A stretch of DNA of 64,000 nt, taken from the NCBI GenBank assembly GCA_965218065.1, contig OZ244589.1:2495127-2559126 (forward strand). The letters are read 5' to 3'. Below the pieces are notes generated by a model, which saw only the letters and a program-made list of their open reading frames with translations, made no database searches and was not told where the DNA came from. The DNA comes from Flavobacteriaceae bacterium (GTDB taxonomy: Bacteria; Bacteroidota; Bacteroidia; Flavobacteriales; Flavobacteriaceae). A program made the position numbers and the translations under genes. Each line of letters begins with the position of its first letter. Positions within the stretch are counted from its first letter, which is position 1. Below are positions 38,141-46,571 of the stretch, in pieces.

Positions 38141-39445
38141 CTAAGCTATTTTAAGGTTCGTTTTGTCTTCTACATTTAAAAGGAATTCTCCATCTAGCCA
38201 CTTATATAATAAACTCCTCATTCTGTAGCTAGGAATAAATAAATTCATTTCCTTGCTATCTCTTATGCATCCTCTCCAAACCCATTGTAGTAACTCTCCC
38301 AATGACCATAAATCTTGGTTTAATTCTACATCACGCTCTCTAAAAAAACTGGTTATCTGTGGTGTGAAATATCGATTAGCAAAATATGCCATAGATTTTA
38401 TATTTCTATATTCATTTGTTGCTCTAGAGTTAACAGGAATGAACCCTCTTCTATAACTATTTCCAGAAAATTTAGATTTATAATTTTTGAATGTTGTAAA
38501 TGCATTTTCTTTTGAAGATGTTTTAAATCTTCGTTTAAAAATGTTTGTTGCTTTTTTACTCATTTTCTTAGCAGTACTCTTATTTACCTTTTTACACCAA
38601 GATTCACTAAATGATACCATTGAGTGCTTAGATTGATTCGCTCTACCTTCATAAACATTTAATAGTTTTTTAATCTTCTCCAGTTCAAGGGTTTCATCGC
38701 TTCTAATCAACGTATAATCTATATTAAAAACTTTAAAATAAGCACAAAGTAAGCTCCCTTCAAATAAGTAAGTTAATATCTCTACTTCTTTTAATTCTTT
38801 AAAAATTTCTATAGGGAATACCCAAACAAAAAAGTATTGGTCTAACAAGAATACGGTAAAGCTATTTAGCATGTACTTTATTTGCTTGAAGAGAGGGTCT
38901 GAATATTCATCCTTAACAAATCTCACTTCATTTGTTTTTTCATCAACAGAGATTAAATTTTGCTCTATCATGATGTTAATATCCTGCTCTCCTATATATT
39001 CAGCTTTTAGTGGTGTAACAACTTCATCAAGGATTAATATATAATCACTGAAAAAGCTATAATCTTCTTTCTTTAATCCTAGAAATAGAGAGTGAGTAGA
39101 AACAACACATTTACCTTCACTTAGAAGCCTAAAAAAATGCTCTCTTTTATTTATTCTTTTAATTAGTGGTTCTTTATTCAAATCTATCTGTCCATTTGAA
39201 TCTATAAGGTTTGTGTCATAATTTAGAATGGCTTTCCCACTATCATCTTCTCCTGTAGGAGCATATACAGTTCCATCAGGTAATCTTTCAATAATTCTAT
39301 CAACCTCTGATAGAAATGGTGTGATGTAAATAAACTTTTTCTCACTCTTAACATATTTCTTCATTCTCTCAATAGCATTATAGGTTTTACCACTACCCAT
39401 AATAGCATCATAAACTTTAATTTTTTTCATATCTAACAATGTCAC
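38141..39445 (-). CDS. P-loop NTPase, minimal SF2-helicase-like
   Basis: 434 aa. Walker A MGSGKTY, ITP, Walker B/DExx LILDEVV and a motif-VI-like QWVWRGCIR. No further family assignment is possible by eye. Confidence 0.6.
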   Translation of the reverse strand: MTLLDMKKIKVYDAIMGSGKTYNAIERMKKYVKSEKKFIYITPFLSEVDRIIERLPDGTVYAPTGEDDSGKAILNYDTNLIDSNGQIDLNKEPLIKRINKREHFFRLLSEGKCVVSTHSLFLGLKKEDYSFFSDYILILDEVVTPLKAEYIGEQDINIMIEQNLISVDEKTNEVRFVKDEYSDPLFKQIKYMLNSFTVFLLDQYFFVWVFPIEIFKELKEVEILTYLFEGSLLCAYFKVFNIDYTLIRSDETLELEKIKKLLNVYEGRANQSKHSMVSFSESWCKKVNKSTAKKMSKKATNIFKRRFKTSSKENAFTTFKNYKSKFSGNSYRRGFIPVNSRATNEYRNIKSMAYFANRYFTPQITSFFRERDVELNQDLWSLGELLQWVWRGCIRDSKEMNLFIPSYRMRSLLYKWLDGEFLLNVEDKTNLKIA

Positions 39446-39880
39446 TAATACCCAAAATGAATATTTTCTAAGGTGACTAACTCTTTAAATTTTTTGTAAT
39501 TAATAATAGAAGGACTCTATTATTTTGATTTACAACAATATACTAAAAATGAGTCCATTTGTCAAGTTTTTGATCATTAGCTAATAGCTATTTTTTGCTC
39601 AGGAATTTGTTTAAAACCTCCAATTATGAATGATAATTTTTAAAAGAAAGCTATATTATATTTATGTCCATATAATTATCTAGATAGAATTATCCTTCCA
39701 AATCTTGAGTTCATAATATACTGGTGTGCGTTTTCATGTTTTATTTTAGAACGGATTCTTTTATTCAAATAAAAATTTCTTTTAGGGTAGGGGTACCAAG
39801 GCAAAAGAAAAAGAGAGTGGGGGGTGATATTAGATTAACCTGCATTCAACTCTAAAAATAAAAATTTATATACTAAATGC

Positions 39881-40330
39881 TTATTCATCTAGAATTCCAA
39901 CTAAACCATTATCTATTGAATAGTTAGTGTAAACTTTTATGTTCTCGTATGAAACAGGTTTTGATTCAGGGATTTTCTTAGAGTACAATTTAATTTTAAG
40001 GTAATTACCATTTTTTACAATTAGAGTTAAAGATTCATCTCTACTTATAAAATTATAAATTGTCTTATCATTTGAACTATTATTGTTCAATTCAATACTT
40101 ATAAAATTAAAGCTATTTTTAATCCTGTTAGTTGAATAACTAATTTTTTTATTAGCCATATCAAAACTCCATGTCATAAAGAGATCTTCATGTTCAAACT
40201 CTCCTAAACTGGCAGATGTTTTAACTTCATATTCCTCGGTTGTTTTAATGGTAAACTTATTTTGGGCCTGAACATTATAAAATGTTAATCCAATAAAAAC
40301 CATAATTATAAATCTAATAAGTGTTTTCAT
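39881..40330 (-). CDS. Secreted beta-rich hypothetical protein (island cargo)
   Basis: 149 aa with signal peptide MKTLIRFIIMVFIGLTFYNVQAQ. Confidence 0.5.
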   Translation of the reverse strand: MKTLIRFIIMVFIGLTFYNVQAQNKFTIKTTEEYEVKTSASLGEFEHEDLFMTWSFDMANKKISYSTNRIKNSFNFISIELNNNSSNDKTIYNFISRDESLTLIVKNGNYLKIKLYSKKIPESKPVSYENIKVYTNYSIDNGLVGILDE

Positions 40331-40367
40331 TTTTATCGTTTAATGATGAGTTTAAATTTATAAAAAA

Positions 40368-40385
40368 TAACGCATACATGCGTTA
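40368..40385. promoter_or_regulatory. Perfect palindrome TAACGCAT-AC-ATGCGTTA, candidate XRE operator
   Basis: It lies in the 88-nt divergent intergenic region, 34 nt upstream of the XRE gene start. Confidence 0.5.
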
Positions 40386-40418
40386 ATATATTACATGTTG
40401 ATTCTTGAATTTTACTAA

Positions 40419-40643
40419 GTGATAAATATTAAGAATCAAGAATTTATTTCTGCCTTTGGTGGAAATCTTAGAAAATTAAGATTAGGAGCTAAAATGTCTC
40501 AAGAAGATTTAGCAAATGATTCGGATATTCCACTTTCTCAAATTGGAAGAATTGAAAGAGGTGAAATTAACACAACCATCTCTACTGTCTATGCATTAGC
40601 AAAAGCTTTAAACATCAATACTTCTACCCTTTTTACATTTTAA
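40419..40643 (+). CDS. XRE-family helix-turn-helix regulator
   Basis: 74 aa with a GTG start. LRKLRLGAKMSQEDLANDSDIPLSQIGRIERGEINTTISTVYALAKAL. Confidence 0.8.
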   Translation: MINIKNQEFISAFGGNLRKLRLGAKMSQEDLANDSDIPLSQIGRIERGEINTTISTVYALAKALNINTSTLFTF

Positions 40644-40797
40644 TTTTACATTATTTCAACCACACTAAAGCTATGAGTCTGCTGTGTACTCATAATTTGA
40701 GTTTTAAACCAAAGAAATAACTGATATAGTCCTTTTATTGCAATACACAAAGTAAATAACATATTAATGATTACATTTATGAAAATATTATTGTGTT

Positions 40798-41505
40798 GTG
40801 GAAAATAATCGTACTAATAACATTTTATTTAATAATAAGTTAGCTGAATTTCAAGCTAATAAAAGAAAAGATGGTTATATAAATTTTGAAGGATATTATG
40901 ATTTAAAAGAAATTTTTTTCTTGTATTCCAAAGTACTTCATCTAAAGTCAAAAAATTACAATTTACTAAGCATTCAAACCATAAATACCTTAACTGAGGG
41001 ATTCACAATAAATCAACAAATAGAATTATATGAATATTTGATAAAATGTTTGATTTCTGAGGTTCATATAGAGGAGTCTAAAAAGGTGTCTATAGAACTC
41101 AAAAAACTAAAAATTAAAAAATGTTCTAAAAAAATTAAGTCGTTTAAATCTCCAATAAAGGAATTTTTCCGATTGCTTTTATTATGTAGTTCTTATAATA
41201 TTGCTTCACTACTTTTAAGTCTACTTATAGTATTACTTTTTTCTACAATAATCTATTCCACAGCTCCAATAGATTCTATGGCAATAATCAATGTTGAGTT
41301 TAAAGAAATTACTTCAAATACGTTTATCAATTCTTTTTTAAATGTTCTACTTTATATCCTAGATTTTGACTATAAGATGAGTGTTGAGCCAATAAATGCA
41401 TCTGGAGTTTTGTTAATGATTTTCTTAAAATGTATTTTCTATCTGGTCATTATAAATTATATTGTTGTTGAAATTCAAAAAAAATTAAAATATTATGACC
41501 GTTAA
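40798..41505 (+). CDS. Membrane protein with a C-terminal 2-TM, pore-loop-like module
   Basis: 235 aa with a GTG start. A soluble ~125-aa N-terminus is followed by TM1, FINSFLNVLLYILDFDYKMSVEP (pore-helix-like with a degenerate filter) and TM2. It overlaps the next gene by 11 nt. Confidence 0.5.
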   Translation: MENNRTNNILFNNKLAEFQANKRKDGYINFEGYYDLKEIFFLYSKVLHLKSKNYNLLSIQTINTLTEGFTINQQIELYEYLIKCLISEVHIEESKKVSIELKKLKIKKCSKKIKSFKSPIKEFFRLLLLCSSYNIASLLLSLLIVLLFSTIIYSTAPIDSMAIINVEFKEITSNTFINSFLNVLLYILDFDYKMSVEPINASGVLLMIFLKCIFYLVIINYIVVEIQKKLKYYDR

Positions 41506-43168
41506 GAATTTGGATTTTCACTTACGCAAAGGAAACTCTTTTGTTTGGCGTTTTTTATTATTAATAATTCTTATTGTTGGAGTTTCTACTGATAAAAATA
41601 ATCTTCCTCTAAGCAATTACTTTTATATAGGAGCACCTTTTCTTTATTTGATTTTGTTGATAATTCATTTAAGGCTAAAAGCAAATATTAAAGCCCTTTT
41701 TAGGTTATTATTAGATCTATCCATTATTATTTTGTTTAGTTATGAGAGAAATTTAAATAATGTAATTATATTTCTTCCATATCTTATCTTAATTATAAAT
41801 TCAGTTAACTTCTCTGGTACTAAAAATAGATATTTATTATTCTTTTTATTGGTAAATGTTGCTTTGGTAATCTCTAGTAAGTTCGAAATAAATTGGATTC
41901 TACACTTTTCATTATTTATTCTGTCAGTCTTGATGCTGATTTTCAATTTTAGGAAGGTTATTTTTGAATTTAATAATATGGTCAATGATGATATTGGCGA
42001 AATATTTTTCAAAAGTTTTGATAATGGAGATGAGCATAAAATCCTAATTTCTATTAAGGATAGAATTAATAAAGCTAAAACTTTTGCCAAGATTAATGAA
42101 ATTTTCATTTTCACAAGAAGAGATGAAAATCTAATTTTGATAAAAGGAACTAAATATATTTACTCAAATCCCACAATTGGAGAGGATACTCTAAATAAAA
42201 TTAAAACTAATAAAGGTAACTTTGAGGTGCTTAAGGATGAGATAATAATTGATGATATCTCATATCGTAATACTTTTTGGATAAAACTGAATATAGCTGA
42301 TATTGATTACTTTTTCATGGTATCATCTGGAAGGGGGGAAACTTCGAACTGGAGTGATTCTATGATACTTAATGCTTGTAGACCAATATTTAATCAACTT
42401 GCCCGAGTTTATCAAATAGCATATGTTCTCAAAAATCTAAGAAAAGATGAAACTGAACTCATAAAAAATAAAATCTCTTATGTTTTTGACTCTATAAATG
42501 CACTTCATTTTGTAAAGAATAAACTCTCACCTGTTTCTCTAAAATTAGATTTGATTGATAGGTATATGAATAAAAGAGATGATTATTCAGATTCTCAATT
42601 AAGCGAAATCAAGAAAGAATTATCAAAATCTGACCCTCAGATATTAAGGAATATTTTTGATAGAGCAGAAGTTCTAATCAGAGGTGTTGATAATATAATT
42701 TTAAAGGAAGATGGCTTATTTAAACTAGGTAGAATAATTGATTTAGTTAAAGATGAGTGGATATATCAATTCAATAATTGGAATGGATTGAAAATTAATA
42801 TTGAGCGACCTCAAGATTATGAAATTCATACTAACTTAGAAGTATTAGGATATATATTTGGAGATTTAATTGCTAACATTGAGAACTATTCCGATAGCAG
42901 AAGAGAGTTAAATATTTTTCTTTCTGAATTAAAGGACTATGTTGTTTTTGAGTTTTTAAATGATACTAAAGATTATAATAAATCTATTTCAGAACTTATT
43001 GAAATAGCTAGAATCTATAATGAAGAAAATAATGATGAAATCTATAATAGAACAACAAAAGGTCTAAGTCTCGTTCGTAGATTATCTAGATATAAGCAAA
43101 TAAAGACTGAGATTATTATTGATACTGATAATAAACTTTATAAATTCTATATTCACCTTAAAACCTAG
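41495..43168 (+). CDS. LytS-like membrane sensor histidine-kinase-like protein
   Basis: 557 aa with about six N-terminal TM helices. H-box-like SINALHFVKNKLSPV (compare PHFLFN of the His_kinase family), N-box-like GDLIANIENYS and G-box-like TTKGLSLVRRL. Confidence 0.6.
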   Translation: MTVKNLDFHLRKGNSFVWRFLLLIILIVGVSTDKNNLPLSNYFYIGAPFLYLILLIIHLRLKANIKALFRLLLDLSIIILFSYERNLNNVIIFLPYLILIINSVNFSGTKNRYLLFFLLVNVALVISSKFEINWILHFSLFILSVLMLIFNFRKVIFEFNNMVNDDIGEIFFKSFDNGDEHKILISIKDRINKAKTFAKINEIFIFTRRDENLILIKGTKYIYSNPTIGEDTLNKIKTNKGNFEVLKDEIIIDDISYRNTFWIKLNIADIDYFFMVSSGRGETSNWSDSMILNACRPIFNQLARVYQIAYVLKNLRKDETELIKNKISYVFDSINALHFVKNKLSPVSLKLDLIDRYMNKRDDYSDSQLSEIKKELSKSDPQILRNIFDRAEVLIRGVDNIILKEDGLFKLGRIIDLVKDEWIYQFNNWNGLKINIERPQDYEIHTNLEVLGYIFGDLIANIENYSDSRRELNIFLSELKDYVVFEFLNDTKDYNKSISELIEIARIYNEENNDEIYNRTTKGLSLVRRLSRYKQIKTEIIIDTDNKLYKFYIHLKT

Positions 43169-43171
43169 AGA

Positions 43172-43540
43172 ATGAATGTTTTAATTTTTGAAAATGAAAT
43201 CAAAGAAGTTGATAGAAGTTTTGAGCTTTGTAATTCTTTAGATTTTGGAAATAAATTAAATTTTAATTGGGTTACCAAATCTCAAGATTTTGAAGACTTA
43301 TCAAAAGTGCATGAATATGATGTGGTAATAATTGATATAGATTTGTCAACTAAAAGTGCATTAGATGGTTATGCTTTACTAAATTTAATTATCAATGAAC
43401 AAGGTCATGAAAATGTCTTTGTAATGAGTGGTCATGAGGTTGAAAATGAATTGAAAAAAAGAGGGCTCGGAAAAATTGATTTTTTAAAGAAACCTATTAT
43501 TCTTGATGAATTATCACATCTGTTAAAGAGTTATTTATAG
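43172..43540 (+). CDS. Stand-alone receiver (REC) domain protein
   Basis: 122 aa. MNVLIFENE, YDVVIIDIDL (candidate acceptor Asp), VFVMSGH and FLKKP. There is no output domain. It starts 3 nt after the kinase gene. Confidence 0.65.
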   Translation: MNVLIFENEIKEVDRSFELCNSLDFGNKLNFNWVTKSQDFEDLSKVHEYDVVIIDIDLSTKSALDGYALLNLIINEQGHENVFVMSGHEVENELKKRGLGKIDFLKKPIILDELSHLLKSYL

Positions 43541-44709
43541 AGTCTCCTTATTTCATCACTTATTCTCTTCTTTACAACTTCACCATAATGTTTCTGTGTG
43601 GTTTGTATTTTGGAGTGTCCTAATAACTTGGATACAACTTCAATAGAAATATTATTACTTAACAAAACAGTAGTTGCAAAAGTTTTCCTAGCTATATGAT
43701 GTGTAAGATTCTTCTCAATCCCTACGATATGAGCAATTTCTTTTAAATAAGAGTTAAACTTTTGATTAGATATTTTAGGCAACTCATAATTATATTTATT
43801 TAAAATGATTTTGGCATTGTTCAAAAGTGGAATGGATAGACTTGATTTTGTCTTTTTCCTATACATTTCTATCCAATCATTATTATCAAAACCTACAACT
43901 ATGTTATTTTTAGTAAAACTATTCATTTCTTGATATGCTAACCCTGTGTAACAGCAGAAAATAAACAAGTCTTTAACATGCTGTAATCTGTTTTGCTTAA
44001 AATTGTATTCTTCTAAGTTCTTTAATTCATCTTTTGTCAAGTATATCAAATTATTAATCACTCTTTTGGGTTTATATAATATAAACGGGTCTGTCGTTAT
44101 ATACCCCTCCGCCAATGCTATCTTAATTATTTTTCTAATTCTTTGAATGGTTTTATTAATAGTTATTTGTTTATGATTTAACTCTGATTTCAAATAAAAG
44201 TCCAAATCATCGATGAATTTTAAGGTTATCTTTTCAAGAAGAATATCATTTCTTTTATATGAACTCTTGAAAAAGTTTAATAGATGCTTTTTAGCTTCTT
44301 TAAACTTGTTTAATGTAGATCTAGAATATTCCTTTCCAATAAGTTTCTCCATTCTATTATTATGCAAATCAAAGACTTCTAAGAGGGTTTTATCACTCTT
44401 TACCCCATTACCTCTATAAAGTGAATAAACATCTCTTACATCGAAGTTTTCATCATTCATTTTTAGGTATAAAAAAGCCTGATTAAGTTCTTGTCTAATC
44501 AGGCTAATTTGATTGTTTGTATAATCATTATCATCAGGTATATAGGCTTTTTGTTTTTTACTTTTCCAATGATTAGGATTAATAAATAATCCTGTGGAAA
44601 ATTCCTTCCTACGGCTATTAAATGTTATCCTACATCTTATTGGGCATTTATGTTTTTTGTTAATTCTACTTTTTTGAAGATAAAATAAGACTCTTAATTT
44701 AACACTCAT
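43531..44709 (-). CDS. Tyrosine-type site-specific integrase (Bacteroidota phage-integrase family)
   Basis: 392 aa. N-terminal arm-binding-type region (FYLQKSRINKKHKCPIRCRITF) and C-terminal catalytic HIARKTFAT ... LLGHSKIQTTQKHY. It sits next to the tRNA. Confidence 0.9.
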   Translation of the reverse strand: MSVKLRVLFYLQKSRINKKHKCPIRCRITFNSRRKEFSTGLFINPNHWKSKKQKAYIPDDNDYTNNQISLIRQELNQAFLYLKMNDENFDVRDVYSLYRGNGVKSDKTLLEVFDLHNNRMEKLIGKEYSRSTLNKFKEAKKHLLNFFKSSYKRNDILLEKITLKFIDDLDFYLKSELNHKQITINKTIQRIRKIIKIALAEGYITTDPFILYKPKRVINNLIYLTKDELKNLEEYNFKQNRLQHVKDLFIFCCYTGLAYQEMNSFTKNNIVVGFDNNDWIEMYRKKTKSSLSIPLLNNAKIILNKYNYELPKISNQKFNSYLKEIAHIVGIEKNLTHHIARKTFATTVLLSNNISIEVVSKLLGHSKIQTTQKHYGEVVKKRISDEIRRLYK

Positions 44710-44725
44710 ATTACATAACTTTTAA

Positions 44726-44759
44726 AATGATACACCTTAATAATTGGAATGATACACCT
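44726..44759. repeat. Two copies of AATGATACACCT spaced 22 nt start to start, candidate integrase arm-type sites
   Basis: The copies are at 44726-44737 and 44748-44759, between the integrase start and the att core. Confidence 0.4.
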
Positions 44760-44853
44760 AAAGGAGTACCAAAATTTAAATACTCAGAGAAAAAATGAAG
44801 GTGAGATAAATCTTAGTAGAATACTTAAGATACTGCTAGCATTAGACTAAATG

Positions 44854-44886
44854 AAAAAATCCATCTATCTAATTGATAAATGGATT
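44854..44886 (-). terminator. Island-borne terminator of the reconstituted tRNA-Met gene
   Basis: The minus strand has a hairpin AATCCAT..TATC-loop-GATA..ATGGATT followed by TTTT, immediately 3' of the tRNA. Confidence 0.6.
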
Positions 44887-44895
44887 CTCATTTTG

Positions 44896-44968
<73 letters not shown>

Positions 44969-44978
44969 ATTTGGACTG

Positions 44979-44986
44979 CAAATATA
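44979..44986 (-). promoter_or_regulatory. -7 box TATATTTG for the tRNA-Met gene
   Basis: A perfect TAnnTTTG on the minus strand, 10 nt upstream of the tRNA 5' end. Confidence 0.6.
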
Positions 44987-45086
44987 CAGCTTTTAATAAC
45001 TTCTGACCAAATAATTCGGGAATTATTTTAACATTTTCTCCTTAACAACTTTATCATCTTTACTGCGAGTACATTAAAAAAGAAAG

Positions 45087-45094
45087 TATCTTTG
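45087..45094 (+). promoter_or_regulatory. -7 box TATCTTTG upstream of era
   Basis: A perfect TAnnTTTG ending 4 nt before ATG 45099. Confidence 0.5.
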
Positions 45095-45098
45095 TCCC

Positions 45099-45980
45099 AT
45101 GACACATAAGGCAGGATTTGTAAATATTATTGGCAATCCAAACGTTGGAAAATCAACCTTAATGAATGCACTGGTTGGTGAAAAATTATCCATTATAACT
45201 TCGAAAGCACAAACGACTAGACATCGTATTCTGGGAATCGTAAATGGAGATGATTATCAGATCGTTTTTTCAGATACTCCGGGTATTATAAAACCTGCTT
45301 ATGAGTTACAAGAATCCATGATGGGTTTTGTAAAATCTGCTTTTGAAGATGCAGATGTGCTGATCTACATGGTAGAAGTGGGCGAAAAAGAACTGAAAAA
45401 TGAGGCTTTCTTTAACAAGATCATACAAAGTAAGATCCCAGTCATCCTCCTACTTAATAAGATTGATAAATCGACACAAGAAGAAGTAGACGAAAAAATC
45501 GCCTATTGGCGCAACAAAGTGCCTAATTCTTTTGCCTATGTGATCTCTGCGTTAGAGCGTTTTAATGTAGATGCCGTATTCTATAAGATCATTGAGCTGC
45601 TTCCAGATGCTCCTCCCTTTTATCCAAAAGATCAATTAACCGATAAACCTGAACGCTTTTTCGTAAACGAAAAAATTCGAGAACGTATTTTAGTACACTA
45701 CAAAAAAGAAATCCCTTATGCTGTAGAAGTTGAAACGGAAAGCTTTGTTGAAGAAGAAAACATTATTAAAATTCGCTCCGTAATTATGGTAGAACGTGAT
45801 ACACAGAAAGGTATTATTATCGGCCATAAAGGTTCAGCTATTAAACGTGTGGGTGCTGAAGCTCGTAAAGATCTTGAGTATTTCTTCGGCAAGAAGGTTT
45901 TTCTAGAGTTATTCGTGAAGGTGAACAAAAACTGGCGTTCTAATGAAAACCAACTCAAAAGATTTGGTTATAAGGACTAA
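45099..45980 (+). CDS. era: GTPase Era
   Basis: 293 aa. G1 GNPNVGKST, DTPG, NKID and a C-terminal KH domain. Confidence 0.95.
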   Translation: MTHKAGFVNIIGNPNVGKSTLMNALVGEKLSIITSKAQTTRHRILGIVNGDDYQIVFSDTPGIIKPAYELQESMMGFVKSAFEDADVLIYMVEVGEKELKNEAFFNKIIQSKIPVILLLNKIDKSTQEEVDEKIAYWRNKVPNSFAYVISALERFNVDAVFYKIIELLPDAPPFYPKDQLTDKPERFFVNEKIRERILVHYKKEIPYAVEVETESFVEEENIIKIRSVIMVERDTQKGIIIGHKGSAIKRVGAEARKDLEYFFGKKVFLELFVKVNKNWRSNENQLKRFGYKD

Positions 45981-46486
45981 TCGTTCATAGATAAAGCATC
46001 CATTAAAAGACGGTGCAGGTCTTTCATCTGTTTTTTTCCGGTATCTCTTCCCAACCTACCAAAAACATATAACAATACCCATACAATGGGCAGTGCAATG
46101 GTCATTACTAAAGGAAATACCAAAGATTCTCCTAAAGAATACTTGATATACAACATCGATACAAAGGTGATAAAAGCACCGCCTACAATAAAGTGCAAAA
46201 ACATAAACAAGGTCCAAACCTGAGGTTTTGGTCCGAACAATCCTTTTACAGTTGCTTCGTTTTCTGATTTTTCTACAATTTCAATATGTAATTGAGGAGA
46301 CCAAAAATGCGCTTCTTTATCCGGAATATCTATGAAAATATGTTGATCCACGATCTTACTCTTGTACTTTTTCTCTGTCTTATTTAAAAATTTTCGCATT
46401 TTTTCGACAACATTATTCGCATTTCCCTGAATATCAAAGGAAAATCTGGGTCTTAAAAAAATAGGATTATTGGTTTCTTCTTTCAA
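45977..46486 (-). CDS. Conserved membrane protein between era and der
   Basis: 169 aa with two C-terminal TM helices. Confidence 0.6.
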   Translation of the reverse strand: MKEETNNPIFLRPRFSFDIQGNANNVVEKMRKFLNKTEKKYKSKIVDQHIFIDIPDKEAHFWSPQLHIEIVEKSENEATVKGLFGPKPQVWTLFMFLHFIVGGAFITFVSMLYIKYSLGESLVFPLVMTIALPIVWVLLYVFGRLGRDTGKKQMKDLHRLLMDALSMND

Positions 46487-46546
46487 TGGACCATGTAGAA
46501 TTACAACTTAAACACCCCAAATTACAATAAAATCGTTGCTTAAATT

Positions 46547-46554
46547 GTATCTTT
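46547..46554 (+). promoter_or_regulatory. -7 box TATCTTTG upstream of der
   Basis: A perfect TAnnTTTG 17 nt upstream of ATG 46572. It lies inside the longer track ORF, which argues for the shorter start. Confidence 0.5.
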
Positions 46555-46571
46555 GCGCAAAATTTCAGAAC

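Noticed and set aside
40779-40808. A 9-codon upstream ORF (MKILLCCGK) before the 235-aa island gene.
   Set aside because: It is too short to support and is out of frame with the main ORF. It is noted only because the main ORF needs a GTG start.
41740-42114. A 124-aa antisense ORF inside the kinase-like gene.
   Set aside because: It is an AT-rich antisense frame with a low-complexity I/L/K/S-rich product, while the sense frame has kinase-like motifs.
46536-46571. A 12-codon N-terminal extension of der in the track ([12 protein letters not shown]).
   Set aside because: A perfect -7 promoter box lies inside the extension. Der proteins begin right at the G1 motif context [16 protein letters not shown].
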